From the IMG/VR virus record IMGVR_UViG_3300045125_000168, positions 172,431-236,430 of that record: a stretch of 64,000 nucleotides of DNA; one strand, 5' to 3'. How positions within the stretch are numbered: the stretch's first letter is position 1; each line of letters starts with the position of its first letter. The position numbers and the translations under genes were made by a program. The notes under the pieces are model-generated. The model was not told the DNA's origin, did no database searches, and worked only from the letters and a program-made list of their open reading frames with translations. Positions 19,546 to 30,078 of this stretch are shown here, in pieces.

Positions 19546-19801
19546 ACTTATTTTGGTCTTTTGGTCGCGAGAAAAGACTAAGGCGGTCGGCAAAAGCCCG
19601 AGTATCTTCCCAAACAGATTTGGTGATTTCCCACTATTTTGCAACACCTTGAGAAAATCTGTCATCTCTTTGAGAGACTGTTTTCTCTGCAACCTTTTGG
19701 AGAGTGGCGACTAGAAAATCACCAGTCATGACGATAACAAATGAAGACGCGCTGATAAGGCCAATGCCGTATAAAATTTTATCCAATAATACCTGATCCA
19801 T
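19546..19801 (-). CDS. Small membrane protein; frameshifted, not in the ORF track
   Basis: AAGGAGG RBS, then MDQVLLDKILYGIGLISASSFVIVMTGDFLVATL (hydrophobic helix). Confidence 0.45.
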
Positions 19802-19920
19802 GGTAATAACCCTCCTTATGATTTTGTTTAATTAAGGGAAGGGCACTTAGGGCTTGATAATTTTAAGATACAGGGTCACAAGCGCATTTTCTGCGAGAAA
19901 ACCGTTATTCGATATCCCCT

Positions 19921-20567
19921 TTAAATAAACTGATACGGCATCATTTTTTTGAAGACTAGATCATTCTGAAAGTTCAGACCCTGTGTCTTAGCTTGGACAA
20001 CAGAGAAATCCTGAAACAGATTTAGGTCTGTTGTACCGTTCTTATAGATACAAATGGACGCGGACACGTCGTCCTGAGAGTTTGAAAAGCCAAGACCGAC
20101 TAAGTGGCAAAGCTCAAAGGGGATGATGGCAGGAACTTTTTGGAGTCGATCGCGGCATGATGCGATAGCCACTGGCTTCCTGCAAGGCCCTCACCCTGGA
20201 ACTGCATTTGAAAAAGACAGTTGCTGACAGGGTTATGCGAGACAGAAAAAAGGCTTTTCAGCCAATCGCCTTTGGGTGACGAGTTGTCGAGGCAAATGAC
20301 CTCCAGCCTCTCGTCCGTTTCCAGCCGCCCCATTTGATTGCCAACAAAATCACGGACGATCACAGGCTTCATGCTGCTATTGGTGATGATATAGATCCAT
20401 CCTGTCTTGAGCGTGAGGGCGCTTGGAAGCGCCACCACTTGCCCACTGCTTGAGCCTTTGAGAATCAAATGTACAGGAGAAAGCACCGTCAACTGATGCT
20501 TTGCTTGTCCAGTGGTAAGTACCTGAGAAGAAAGTTTCAGGCGGTCACCCTCAAGCAAAGTCGTCAT
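19921..20567 (-). CDS. Probable virion structural protein; two fragments
   Basis: GQVVALPSALTLKTGWIYIITNSS module resembles DQVLRLPDATKLQPGVRY at 30.7 kb. Confidence 0.5.
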
Positions 20568-20596
20568 CGGGTATGTCCTTTTAGGTTTTCAAGTGT

Positions 20597-21937
20597 TCAA
20601 GAACCTTTAAGGGCCGTTTTTCGAGCTAACGATTTAGCTAGGATCGGTTGCTTCACTTCACCCTCATTGAGATAGATGCGCTCGGTCTTGGAAAGACCGA
20701 TACGTGGCTCGAAAACATGCAGGACTTGGATGGGTGGAGATGAGGCAACCATTTGGGTAGCACTGAAGTTCGATGTCCCTATGAAGCTACCGTTGATGAG
20801 TATCTGACTCATATTGAAACTTAATTGCCAGTCGTTATGAAAATGCCCGCAGTGCAGAAAATGAATCTGTTGCTGGAGCATCTGATTGTAGCGTGTGATA
20901 CCTTTTTCAAGACCGTTCACGGTCGGTCTTGAAGACCAAAGAGAACTCATCCCTTGGTCACCGTGCAACAGGAGATGATTCCACCCGTAGGTTTCGACCA
21001 AATAGAACCACGCCTCATTCTGATGATAGGTATAGTTCTTGAGGTCTTTCACGGCTCTTAATTGAAGCTCAAGCATCCTTTGGTACACTTTGTCCATCGA
21101 GCAACTAAAAGGATGCTCGCCTTTGCGACCTGTGCGACCGTGGTTGCCGAACACTTCTAGGATATCGAAGTGAAGATCTGGGTGAGTCATGAATATTTCA
21201 ATAAACGCAGAGGCCGTGTCATTCGCTCCGAATATTGCTTGATCGACCACATGACGATCGATTTGCCAAAGCTGTCCACGGAAGATGTCTTGACCCTCGA
21301 CCATATCTCCGAGACAGGCAATCACCACATGATCGATATGGTATTCGTCTTTATACTGGGTCAATTTTTCGATGACGTTTTGCTTCCAGACGTTGAGCTT
21401 ATCCTTCCAAATAATCCAATTATGCTTGTTAAGACCGCCCATCTCTTGAGAGGTCATCAGGGTTCCAAGCTGAAGGTCTGAAAATTCAAACCAGAGAGTG
21501 CAGTGCTTCTTCCCGCTCTTTTTAGGAGCTTTTGGATCAGGCTTGATAATCATCACATCGACGACAGGAGGCTCGGCCTTGGCCAAAGTCTCTTCTAAGA
21601 ATTGCTTGAAAAACTCCAGCTTTTGGACCTGCTCTCGCCACCATTGGAGCTTTTTCTGCTGCTCTTTTTCTACGAGCTTTTTCTTTCTCTCTTCCCACTC
21701 TTTCTTCATCTCTGCTGAAGCATCGTGGGTGTCGATCTCTTTTTTGATCTTCTTATGTTCATCAAAAGACTTGGAAAGACCAGACTCCTGGAGCGCACCG
21801 TTCCAAGTTTTGAAGGATTTTTCTATGGATCGCGAGTGGATATTTGCGACCTCATCGTATTCTCTGCGTGTGAAAGGTTTTCCCAGGACAGAATATACTC
21901 GTTTCAGTTCGCGGATAATTTCCACCTTAGTCGCCAT
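20597..21937 (-). CDS. Calcineurin-like metallophosphoesterase with an N-terminal homing-endonuclease-associated-repeat-like domain
   Basis: SDLQLG, LGDMVEG, GNHG, LLHGD, CGHFH; N-terminus EIIRELKRV...LGKPFTRREY...FKTWNGALQESGL. Confidence 0.8.
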   Translation of the reverse strand: MATKVEIIRELKRVYSVLGKPFTRREYDEVANIHSRSIEKSFKTWNGALQESGLSKSFDEHKKIKKEIDTHDASAEMKKEWEERKKKLVEKEQQKKLQWWREQVQKLEFFKQFLEETLAKAEPPVVDVMIIKPDPKAPKKSGKKHCTLWFEFSDLQLGTLMTSQEMGGLNKHNWIIWKDKLNVWKQNVIEKLTQYKDEYHIDHVVIACLGDMVEGQDIFRGQLWQIDRHVVDQAIFGANDTASAFIEIFMTHPDLHFDILEVFGNHGRTGRKGEHPFSCSMDKVYQRMLELQLRAVKDLKNYTYHQNEAWFYLVETYGWNHLLLHGDQGMSSLWSSRPTVNGLEKGITRYNQMLQQQIHFLHCGHFHNDWQLSFNMSQILINGSFIGTSNFSATQMVASSPPIQVLHVFEPRIGLSKTERIYLNEGEVKQPILAKSLARKTALKGS

Positions 21938-21968
21938 GAAAAAGCCCTCTAAGTGAAGTTCACGTAGT

Positions 21969-22466
21969 TCAAACTTTGTGGTCGTCGTGGAGTTTTTCTA
22001 GGATGATGTCGAGTTCTGCTTTCAAGGTTGCGATAAAGTTGCGAGCTTCCGCTCCATATCCAGAGTTCTCAAGATCGATAAAACTCTGTTTCAGTCCTTT
22101 GAGCAGGGTCTCGGTTTCGTCAACGGTGTTGGAGGGGCTGACTTCAAACGCAATGAAGTCCTCAATCAAATCCTGAACCCATCCTTGGGTTTGTTCTCCA
22201 GGGTTTGATTTTGCCATGTTGTCGAGGGTTTCTTGGAATTTGTCTTGCCAGCGAACCGCCTCTGTGACATCGGCAGTGATCTGACTTGGAGCGATTCCCC
22301 GTCGATGCATCTCCGCAAGCTCTTGCGAGATAGCGGCAGGATCTAAAAGAGCGTCCAGTTCTTCTTCAGTTAATTTGAGGGCTTCGGGGCTTGATTTTTC
22401 CGATAAAATGAGCTTTTTTTCGCTTTTTTTGTTTCTTCCCCGACTTGACGGTACTTGTGGCAGCAT
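21969..22466 (-). CDS. Hypothetical protein
   Basis: 165-aa acidic helical ORF. Confidence 0.5.
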   Translation of the reverse strand: MLPQVPSSRGRNKKSEKKLILSEKSSPEALKLTEEELDALLDPAAISQELAEMHRRGIAPSQITADVTEAVRWQDKFQETLDNMAKSNPGEQTQGWVQDLIEDFIAFEVSPSNTVDETETLLKGLKQSFIDLENSGYGAEARNFIATLKAELDIILEKLHDDHKV

Positions 22467-22968
22467 GTTGCAATTTCCCTATAAGAGATGCCCTGATTCT
22501 TTCGAGATCCTTTATTTCAATCTTTAGGTCCGAGGCGATCTGCTCATGAGTCGCATCATTTAGGATGCAACAGAAAACATACTTTTCTTGAAACGTAAGA
22601 GACAGGTGGGCCAAAACATAGATGGTATCTAAATCTCTTTGAGCTTCTTGCTGACTTGAAGGATAGCTTAAATCATCTAAAGGCGACCACCTCTGAGACA
22701 TGTAGTTTTTCGTCTCTACTGCTTCGTGAGCCGCCATTTCCAGCGAATAAAAGATATTTTTGGTAACTTTCATAATATAAATTTCCAGTACCAAATGAGC
22801 TATGTCTTCAAGATCGTGTAGATATATTTGATCTTGACACACTTTTTTCAAAATAAAAAAGCGCCTCTGTGTAAAGCGCATCGTACTGATCTTTTTTAAG
22901 GGTTTTGAGCGGCATCGTGTCGGCCCCATACATTGTTCCTCGGTGTAGGGCCTGCTTGAGCTTTTCAA
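22366..22968 (-). CDS. Divergent ECF sigma-like / region-4 HTH protein
   Basis: DLEDIA (region-2-like) and LTFQEKYVF...ATHEQIASDLKI....I...L..KL (region-4-like); ends uncertain. Confidence 0.4.
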   Translation of the reverse strand: MKSSSRPYTEEQCMGPTRCRSKPLKKISTMRFTQRRFFILKKVCQDQIYLHDLEDIAHLVLEIYIMKVTKNIFYSLEMAAHEAVETKNYMSQRWSPLDDLSYPSSQQEAQRDLDTIYVLAHLSLTFQEKYVFCCILNDATHEQIASDLKIEIKDLERIRASLIGKLQHAATSTVKSGKKQKKRKKAHFIGKIKPRSPQIN

Positions 22969-23579
22969 GACCCTGAGTTGTTCAACCCTATGTTGATTCT
23001 AGCTCGCGCATCTGGTCCGACACCTAATACATCACCCAGGTCTTCTCTGGACTTGCGGTAGCACTCTTGAAACCTTTTGCCGATATTTAACGAGAACTTT
23101 GTCAATTCTTCCTCAAACTTCTTGGGCTGAGAAATATCTTTTCTTTTAAGCTGGGCAACCTCATTCAACAGCACTTTGACCATCTCACGGCAGAAAACTT
23201 CTAAAACTCGCTGGACAATCTGTTTGTAGGTCTCTTCTTTGGTTTTGAGATTGTAAATCTCATTGATGAGGTTACGAGCCGTGTCGATGAAACCTGTCAA
23301 AGAACTCGCGTTGAAGCCTACGGGAGCGGCTCGGTAAGTCGCATCCGCTAACGGAATCAGAGAGACCACTGTCTTCAGACATTCCTGCAAGATATCTTCG
23401 GGAGATCCTAGTTGTACTTTTTCCTGAAGGAGAAGGTTGATCTGATCGGTCGTATAACCAAGGGCCGATGCAATTTCCGAATTGGTGAAACCATCTTCGC
23501 GCATCTTTAGGGCCGTGGCCTGCTGTTCCGAGGCCGTGGCCTTGATTGCTGCTAAATCAGCTTTGGGATTGGAACTCAA
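22965..23579 (-). CDS. HTH-containing helical protein
   Basis: ALKMREDGFTNSEIASALGYTTDQI. Confidence 0.5.
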   Translation of the reverse strand: MSSNPKADLAAIKATASEQQATALKMREDGFTNSEIASALGYTTDQINLLLQEKVQLGSPEDILQECLKTVVSLIPLADATYRAAPVGFNASSLTGFIDTARNLINEIYNLKTKEETYKQIVQRVLEVFCREMVKVLLNEVAQLKRKDISQPKKFEEELTKFSLNIGKRFQECYRKSREDLGDVLGVGPDARARINIGLNNSGS

Positions 23580-24093
23580 AGTTTTCCTTCGGCGGCAAGG
23601 TCGAAAACTTCATCGGTTTCTTTCGCACAGAATTGATGACCAAACGCAACACCCACATGAGCGGAATCGCTGCTAGAATAGGTTTGAGCAGGTTTTTAAG
23701 GGTGCGAAGAAAGGTGGCGAGGTTCCAGACTTTCCGATAACCCTGTTGGTTTGCAAGTTTGATGAATCGTGTGCTATCCGAGCGACGAAGTTGATTCCGA
23801 TTTTTGACCCGGTACACCACTTCTTTTGTCGTCGGAAGCACACGCACCACTTCGATTTCAGATGGCCCAGAACGCAGCTTGAGCCCAGGTAATAAGTCTT
23901 TTACCGTCAATTTCGAGTGAAAAAGACCCGCCTGTACTTTATGTTGATTTTGAGAAGAAATATATTCAAGTGGGGTAGGTAGGGGCAACCTATTTTCTTT
24001 AATATATTTCTCTGCCGTCAATAAAGCGGCAAGAGGAGTCTCTTGACCGTCAGGACTTACGCCCTCGGCCCATGTCATGCGTTCTGTTTTCAC
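23557..24093 (-). CDS. Hypothetical protein with a possible SH3/KOW-like segment
   Basis: LLPGLKLRSGPSEIEVVRVLPTTKEVVYRV; 3' end probably frameshifted. Confidence 0.45.
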   Translation of the reverse strand: MKTERMTWAEGVSPDGQETPLAALLTAEKYIKENRLPLPTPLEYISSQNQHKVQAGLFHSKLTVKDLLPGLKLRSGPSEIEVVRVLPTTKEVVYRVKNRNQLRRSDSTRFIKLANQQGYRKVWNLATFLRTLKNLLKPILAAIPLMWVLRLVINSVRKKPMKFSTLPPKENFEFQSQS

Positions 24094-24105
24094 ACCCGTC
24101 CTCGC

Positions 24106-24939
24106 TTATCCAATATAACTTACAAGTTTTTCCAACTCGGCGTCATCGTAGCCGTAGGCTTTACGATAGTATTCTTTCAAGGCTTCTTTGTTCCATTTCT
24201 TAGAGGCATCCGCAGCTTCGACGAGCTTATGGATAGCACCAGAGGAAACAAGAGCTTGAGCACCATCGCGGAAGCGAACGTGAGCACCACCTTCAGCCAT
24301 GCCCAAAATCTCTCCGGTCTTGAGCTTGCCACCGTGAGTTGCTTGCACCCAGTCCCCAACAGTGTAAAGGCTGCTGGGGATCGAGGCTTCCACACGAGCC
24401 AAAGTTAAAGATGCCCGCCCAGCATGGACGCGGAAGCTATGAGCTTTAGAACGCTCACGCAGAATTTTCTCGATGTCGTCACGCTCAACGCGCTCGATGT
24501 AGATCGCGTTGTCATCGCCTTTTGCTACCGTCCAGGTGTCGGACACGTCTTCACCAAGGTAGACGGTTCCGGCAACAATCGGCTTCATACGGAAGCGTTC
24601 GATGTCGCTGTAAGGACGACGAATGACAGGAATGGCAACCGTGCAAGCAACAGCTTGAAACTTCGGATACACTTGGACCGAAGCAGGATCGACCATAACA
24701 CGGGGACGCTCGGTGCGAGTGTCTCGGTAAAGCGTGTTCAAGGTTGAGATCACTTCTTCTTTGCTTGGGACGCCAAACGCTTCTTCATCATACTGAATCA
24801 AAACCTTCGCTGTTTTGCTCTCTGTTCCTGGCAAAACTCTATAGTCTGCCACGACAAAATCAGAGCGCATGGTGCCACCGCGCTTGGCCAACTTTTGACC
24901 AAGACGACTGGCAAGCCTTTCGGCAATCGACGTTTGCAT
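24106..24939 (-). CDS. Hypothetical protein, probably virion-associated, with an SH3-like C-terminal segment
   Basis: Clean 277-aa ORF with its own RBS and AT-rich leader; YTVGDWVQA...KTGEILG...VRFRDG. Confidence 0.6.
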   Translation of the reverse strand: MQTSIAERLASRLGQKLAKRGGTMRSDFVVADYRVLPGTESKTAKVLIQYDEEAFGVPSKEEVISTLNTLYRDTRTERPRVMVDPASVQVYPKFQAVACTVAIPVIRRPYSDIERFRMKPIVAGTVYLGEDVSDTWTVAKGDDNAIYIERVERDDIEKILRERSKAHSFRVHAGRASLTLARVEASIPSSLYTVGDWVQATHGGKLKTGEILGMAEGGAHVRFRDGAQALVSSGAIHKLVEAADASKKWNKEALKEYYRKAYGYDDAELEKLVSYIG

Positions 24940-25310
24940 GAATGATACCCCTTTTAATTTCCCCAGTTAGGTATTAGTCCCCGAGATAATCTTAATAACC
25001 ATTTAAAATTTCTTTTAGGTCAAAGGTACGCCAGTGAATAACCAATAAGCTAAGAGAGGAACCGATCCCCTTTTGAGGGCTTGTGCTAAATCTTGGTGCT
25101 CTACTAAAAGTCGAAAATCGACATCTAAAAGTTCCTCAAGAATCAGCACAGGCGGGGGCTTTAGTTGATAACAGTTCCAGGAGCAATAACCATAGCCGTG
25201 CGGTAAGGCACCGCCTTTGGGGTAAAAAACTCTGGTTGGTCCTCATCGTCCATCGCGCCACAGACAGCGCACTGACGAAAGGGAACAGGTTTCAAAACTC
25301 CCTTGGAACC

Positions 25311-25697
25311 TCAAGCAAAATGTCTTGAATCAAAATGGAAAAAAAGAGAGATAAAAAGTTCTTTGAGCATGATCGAGGTCGGATTCCTGCACTTGAAAAA
25401 GGCTTTTAAAAGAGATTTCTTTTGACACGGGGAGAGCTTGGAGAACTGCGCCTGCTCAATGCTCGCTAAGTGATTCGGGTTTTGAATGCCTTTTTCCACA
25501 TAGTTCAGAAAACATCGTCGGTAGTATTTGGAAAGGTTAGACTCCCCAGGCAAATTAAAAGAACAAGACGAAACCTCACAGGCCCTGGTTAAGGGAGCTT
25601 GAGCATAAGGACACTCAAAGACCTGCTTCGACATGTCTATTCCAGTCGTCTTGGGAAGAAAAGATGTGTTATGAGAAAGTCTCCTGCTAACATACAA
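25311..25697 (-). CDS. Cys-containing hypothetical protein; frameshifted
   Basis: FECPY...ACEVSSCSFN; the continuation downstream is unresolved. Confidence 0.4.
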   Translation of the reverse strand: MYVSRRLSHNTSFLPKTTGIDMSKQVFECPYAQAPLTRACEVSSCSFNLPGESNLSKYYRRCFLNYVEKGIQNPNHLASIEQAQFSKLSPCQKKSLLKAFFKCRNPTSIMLKELFISLFFHFDSRHFA

Positions 25698-26288
25698 GTT
25701 CTTTCAACCCTTCGGGTAGACAATTTATTTTCTTCTCAAACCGCCAATAGTACCAACCGATCGCACAGGCATCTTGGATGTGCCGCTCACACGACTTGCT
25801 TCGCTTTAAATCCCATTGAGGTATGAGGTAAGCATAATAGTCTTCCCACCAATTTTCAAACGCTTGCTCGTGGTCAAAGCAATAATTGTTGTTCCATTTC
25901 TTGGCTTTGAGCTTCCATTGAGACGCCATAATCGCCCGAAACCCGCCTGCACCAAGGGATAGCCAATGGGAGGCCCAAAAGCCTAAATGAAAGGGGATCA
26001 TCTCATTTAAAGATCCAGTGTGGCCACGACCCACATACCGTTCGGCTACAAGGTCACAGGAGTAGATGCTTGCGATACCCCACCTGGAACAAAGTTCTTT
26101 GGAAAAAGATTTCATGCCCTCAAAGTTAGGACGAGCAAGATCATCTAAGACAGGAACAAAACCAGTTTCTAAAACCCCAAAAAAGGGACTTCAGTATCGC
26201 GAAAACGCACGGAAGAAAGCGCGTAAGCCCAAGAGCGAGCACTGCCCCCTGGGTCAAAGCTCAAAACGTAATCAAGATCAGCTTCCAT
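25687..26288 (-). CDS. ruvC: RuvC-like Holliday junction resolvase; frameshifted
   Basis: Hand-translated N-terminus MEADLDYVLSFDPGG, then VAERY, ASQWK, HIQDACAIG. Confidence 0.75.
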
Positions 26289-26643
26289 AGAACATGACTT
26301 GCTCGGGAGTCATAGCTACCCCGTCTTTTTCGATGACGATAAAATTTTTACGGATGAGATCAATCAGCATACTCTTAATTTCAATGCCCATGTAAGGACT
26401 TTCGTGATCGCCCAGAAAACGGAAATCAGAATCCTCAATATAAAGATCAGAAGCACCACCCACTTCCAACCATCGCGACACCGAGGAGTTCACATCACCC
26501 ATCTGGTTGATGTCTTTGCTCACAGGTGGGTGGGCACGGGGCAGGAAGAAAGGTTGTCTCAGAGGAGCAATCACAAACCGGACTTTTTTCGGGTTCTGTC
26601 CCGCTAAGTCTGGATGGCTCATGTTCACGGAAATGCGAATCAT
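26278..26643 (-). CDS. Hypothetical protein
   Basis: 121-aa ORF whose stop overlaps the ruvC-like start. Confidence 0.5.
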   Translation of the reverse strand: MIRISVNMSHPDLAGQNPKKVRFVIAPLRQPFFLPRAHPPVSKDINQMGDVNSSVSRWLEVGGASDLYIEDSDFRFLGDHESPYMGIEIKSMLIDLIRKNFIVIEKDGVAMTPEQVMFYGS

Positions 26644-26733
26644 AGAGGGTCTCCTGGTTCTCGAAGATTATAAAAATGCAGAGACAGATAGGCACTGAAT
26701 CTTGTTTCGTTATTTTCTTTAGGGAGATTCGCC

Positions 26734-27722
26734 ATGGCCATTCGCGGTCCACGAGTTCGCAACACCTCACACAACTCCCCACGAGCAGGCGATCCCTCTA
26801 ACTCTAGGTCTCACGGTGATCCCAGTGATATGGTGGGTGATACGTTCAATAAATTGGCCAAGGAACAACTGATCCCGCAGATCGCCAACCGCACACGCAA
26901 CGCGATTGCAGTTGATCGACGGGAGATCTTTTTCTACTCCAGGCTGAGGGCTGGGGCTCGCTGCTCCTGTTTTAATTCGGGAGAAGGCAGCCCCCATGGG
27001 CTTTGTCAGGTCTGTTGGGGAACTGGGTTCGCAGGGGCTACCATAAGTACGGGACCGAGATGTATCTCTTCGACCCATCGAGGCAGTGGTGGGGCGTCAA
27101 CGTGCAGATCAACCCTTTGGTGGGCCTTCCCCCTTGGTTTACCTTAGAGCCTGAGGCGACCTTCGGGTATTTAGAGTGGGACGAGATTCTGCATCGCTCG
27201 ATGTACTACGGCCTTGATAGCTCCCGTTTTGAGTACCGCAGTGGGGATGGCAAGATCACCTTTGAAATGATGCTCGACGGTTTTGATGCGGGTTTTGTTC
27301 CCTACTCCGAAGAAGCCTTGAAGACCCGTGCTATGACTAATGCTGGAAAGAAGCTCAGGTTCCGTATCACCATGCAGCGTAGTACGGTCCAGGACCGCTC
27401 ACCGATGTTTCTTCAACACTGGTATCGACTCTTGGTCAATAGCGCCGAACCGCCGATGCTTTTTGTGGACATTCCGCGACGAAACGAGTCGAATGTTTTG
27501 GCTGAGTACGGCGTGATCGAGAGCTTTCAACCGATTCAGTTTGTCTTTTCGGACGAGATCCAACAGGTCAACCTGGAGGATATTGTCGTCCGTCTTTTTG
27601 ATAACACCCGTTGGAAGGTGATTGAGACATCGCCCAATGATCCGCAAAATATCCTGACAAGCCATGACGTGCAGGCGCGTAAGGTCTTTTCGCATGAGAT
27701 TTTGTGGCAGGTTCCGTTATAG
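26734..27722 (+). CDS. Putative head-closure/neck protein; two fragments
   Basis: GARCSC...LCQVCWGTGF-(G)GY zinc knuckle followed by ...EDIVVRLFDNTRWKVIET, typical of large-myovirus neck proteins. Confidence 0.6.
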
Positions 27723-27773
27723 TTTAAGTTGTCTGGCCAAAGTCAAAATCTTGCTTTCATAGGATTAGAAAAG

Positions 27774-28243
27774 ATGCTTTTTTTCAACCAAAAAGTCAAA
27801 AGTAAGTATGTCTTAGTTATGGCAGAGTCTGGATCAGAAAAAGAGCAAAATCTGATTAAGGCTCTTAATGCTGTAGCCAAAGAAGCGAAGTTGCACGATC
27901 CAAAGTTCGCTTATTGGGAATGTAACAATTTTTCGAGAGCGGCTCATCGAGCAGCTAAAGAGATGGGTGTAAGTTCTGAAGTATGGTCTTGTGAATTAAA
28001 ATACGAGCGTGGTCTTGGAGAGATCGAGGCTGGAGAGAAGGTGGGTCATACCTTTTGAAAATCGGACATAAGTTCTACGACTACACGGGAAGGCAAGCGA
28101 CTCCCAAAATACCTCCAGCATATGTGGCAGATACGCCCCACAAACTTCATGAAGGTGCGCATAAAGATCCCAATCAAGACTATTACGATCGGGATGGTAG
28201 CGACTTTTGGTACGAAAAAATAACTCAAAAAATGGCTATATGA
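27774..28243 (+). CDS. Papain/transglutaminase-fold protein with a Cys-His-Asp pattern; two fragments
   Basis: WECNNFSRA...GHTF...YDYTGRQ. Confidence 0.5.
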
Positions 28244-28271
28244 GGAATTATTCTAAAAAGGGCAGATAACC

Positions 28272-29434
28272 ATGGGCGGTTTTTTCAAACAGGTGATCGC
28301 TAAATATACTCTTGTGACCTCGGACTTCAAAACGGTCGAGAAAAAGTTTCTTGACCTCGGTGCTGAGAAAGCCAAGGTCAAAGACTATCTCGACCGTTTT
28401 AAGAAATTAAGGGACAGAAATAAGCTCAAAGATGACGAAAAGAACATCGACCTTTGGGGCTCTAAGCCTTTTCAAGAGTTTCAAGAAAGAATTGAAGAGT
28501 TAGAAAAGGCTAAAACCAGGACCGAAAAGAAAAAGGGCAAAGTTGATTTGAGAGAAAACATCCCAGGAGCAAAATTAATTACTGAGAACGAAGAGTGGAC
28601 GGTGTTTGAGATCACGACTAATGAAGCATCCCATAAATTAGGGCAAGGTACGGAGTGGTGTATCAAGCACGATAAAAGTGAACAATGGGATCACTATGAC
28701 AGAAGTAATACGATTTACTTTTTTATTTCAAAGACGAGAGACCAGAAAGACCCCTGGTCTAAACTAGCCCTTCTTATTGACCTTCAAGGAAAGAAAACCT
28801 ACTGGGACCGTCGTAATAAGGCTCATAAAAGGGTGCCAACAGACTTAAAATTACCGAGGTTTAAAGTTATAATTCCAAAGTTTAAGTGGAAGGCCGATAG
28901 TAGCGGAGATATTGATGTATCTGAGGAAGGTCTCACCTCTCTTGAGGGAGCCCCTCAGACGGTCGATAGGAATTTTAATTGCAGAGACAACAAACTCACC
29001 TCTCTTGAGGGAGCGCCTCAAACGGTTGGTAAGGATTTTTATTGCAGCAGCAACCGACTTACCTCTCTGGAAGGAGCGCCTCAAAAAGTTGGTGGTTTTT
29101 TTATATGCAATAGCAACCGACTCACCTCTCTTGAGGGATCGCCTCAAGAGGTTGGTGGGTGCTTTGATTGCAGTGACAACAAACTAACCTCTCTTGCGGG
29201 AGCGCCTCAAAAGGTTGATGGGTATTTTAGTTGCCGCGGCAACCAACTCATATCTCTTGAGGGAGCGCCAAGAGAGGTTGTTGCGAGTTTTGATTGCAGT
29301 AACAACCAACTCACCTCCCTTGAGGGAGCGCCTCAAACGGTTGGTGGGAATTTTTTTGCACCAGAAACGGAAAAAAATTCACTGAGGAAGAAGTCCGTGC
29401 GGTCAGCAAAGTCGGCGGCAAAGTCTATGTTTAG
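28272..29434 (+). CDS. GTxWC-domain plus leucine-rich-repeat protein
   Basis: ASHKLGQGTEWCI...IYFF...K domain followed by 7 LRRs; the true end KFTEEEVRAVSKVGGKVYV* needs an indel in the T-run near 29350. Confidence 0.75.
28932..29360 (+). repeat. Seven tandem 63-bp coding repeats (21-aa LRR, LTSLEGAPQxVggxFxCxxNx)
   Basis: CTCACCTCTCTTGAGGGAGCGCCTCA recurs with a 63-bp period. Confidence 0.9.
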
Positions 29435-29921
29435 CCTCAGGATATGGCTTACTCAAGCGAGATCTTATTTTATCAATAGGTTCATCGATAAAACCCATGC
29501 TTTAACGTCTTCATCTCTTAAGCGTGGTCAGTTCCATGAACTCGACACGCGTATCCTTCACTGCCTTTTCGATTCGCTAGTAGACTACATTGAAAAAGAA
29601 CTCGCTTGGATGCATGTGATTTGCACAGAGGCAAACCCAAAGCGACGTGGTTTTGGTTGGCGTTCGCGTCACGAGGGACTTGCTCATTTGGACTGGGAAA
29701 GTGAGTTGATGGATGACCATGGCCAACCGACCAGTCAGGCTCTTTCAGCGAGAGAGATCAAGGCACTTTATTTGTGGTGGACGGAAGAAAGACCTAAGCG
29801 TCAAGACCCTTTCATGGTCAGTTCTATGGAAAGATTTTTCGCACTTGAGAGACAATTCACTAACGAAGATGGTGAAATGCTCATAAGGTTAATGAAAATA
29901 AGATCTAACCTTTGGACCTAA
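29427..29921 (+). CDS. Conserved phage hypothetical protein, falsely fused to the LRR gene in the ORF track
   Basis: RILHCLFDSLVDYIE...GLAHLDWE...EIKALYLWWT...EMLIRLMKIRSNLWT; sequence style is unrelated to the LRR. Confidence 0.6.
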   Translation: MFSLRIWLTQARSYFINRFIDKTHALTSSSLKRGQFHELDTRILHCLFDSLVDYIEKELAWMHVICTEANPKRRGFGWRSRHEGLAHLDWESELMDDHGQPTSQALSAREIKALYLWWTEERPKRQDPFMVSSMERFFALERQFTNEDGEMLIRLMKIRSNLWT

Positions 29922-30078
29922 AGCTATGGGCAAGATTCTAGTGCGAAACATGATAGGCGACGAAAAAATATATGCGACAGAGGCTTCAGACCCAGAGGTC
30001 ATCAAAGCCGAGGTATTCCGTTGGTGGGCTATGCCCGGAGTCACAAAAGTCCAGGTCTTAGATGACGAGGAGTAGGTG

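Noticed and set aside
16165-25000. Late promoter motif ATTAAGATTAT (minus strand near 16175 and 24990)
   Set aside because: Only two clear copies in AT-rich gaps, which is too few to separate from chance without TSS data.
28272-29921. 549-aa LRR fusion protein shown in the ORF track
   Set aside because: A T-run indel hides the natural LRR end; the last 164 aa are a separate conserved phage protein.
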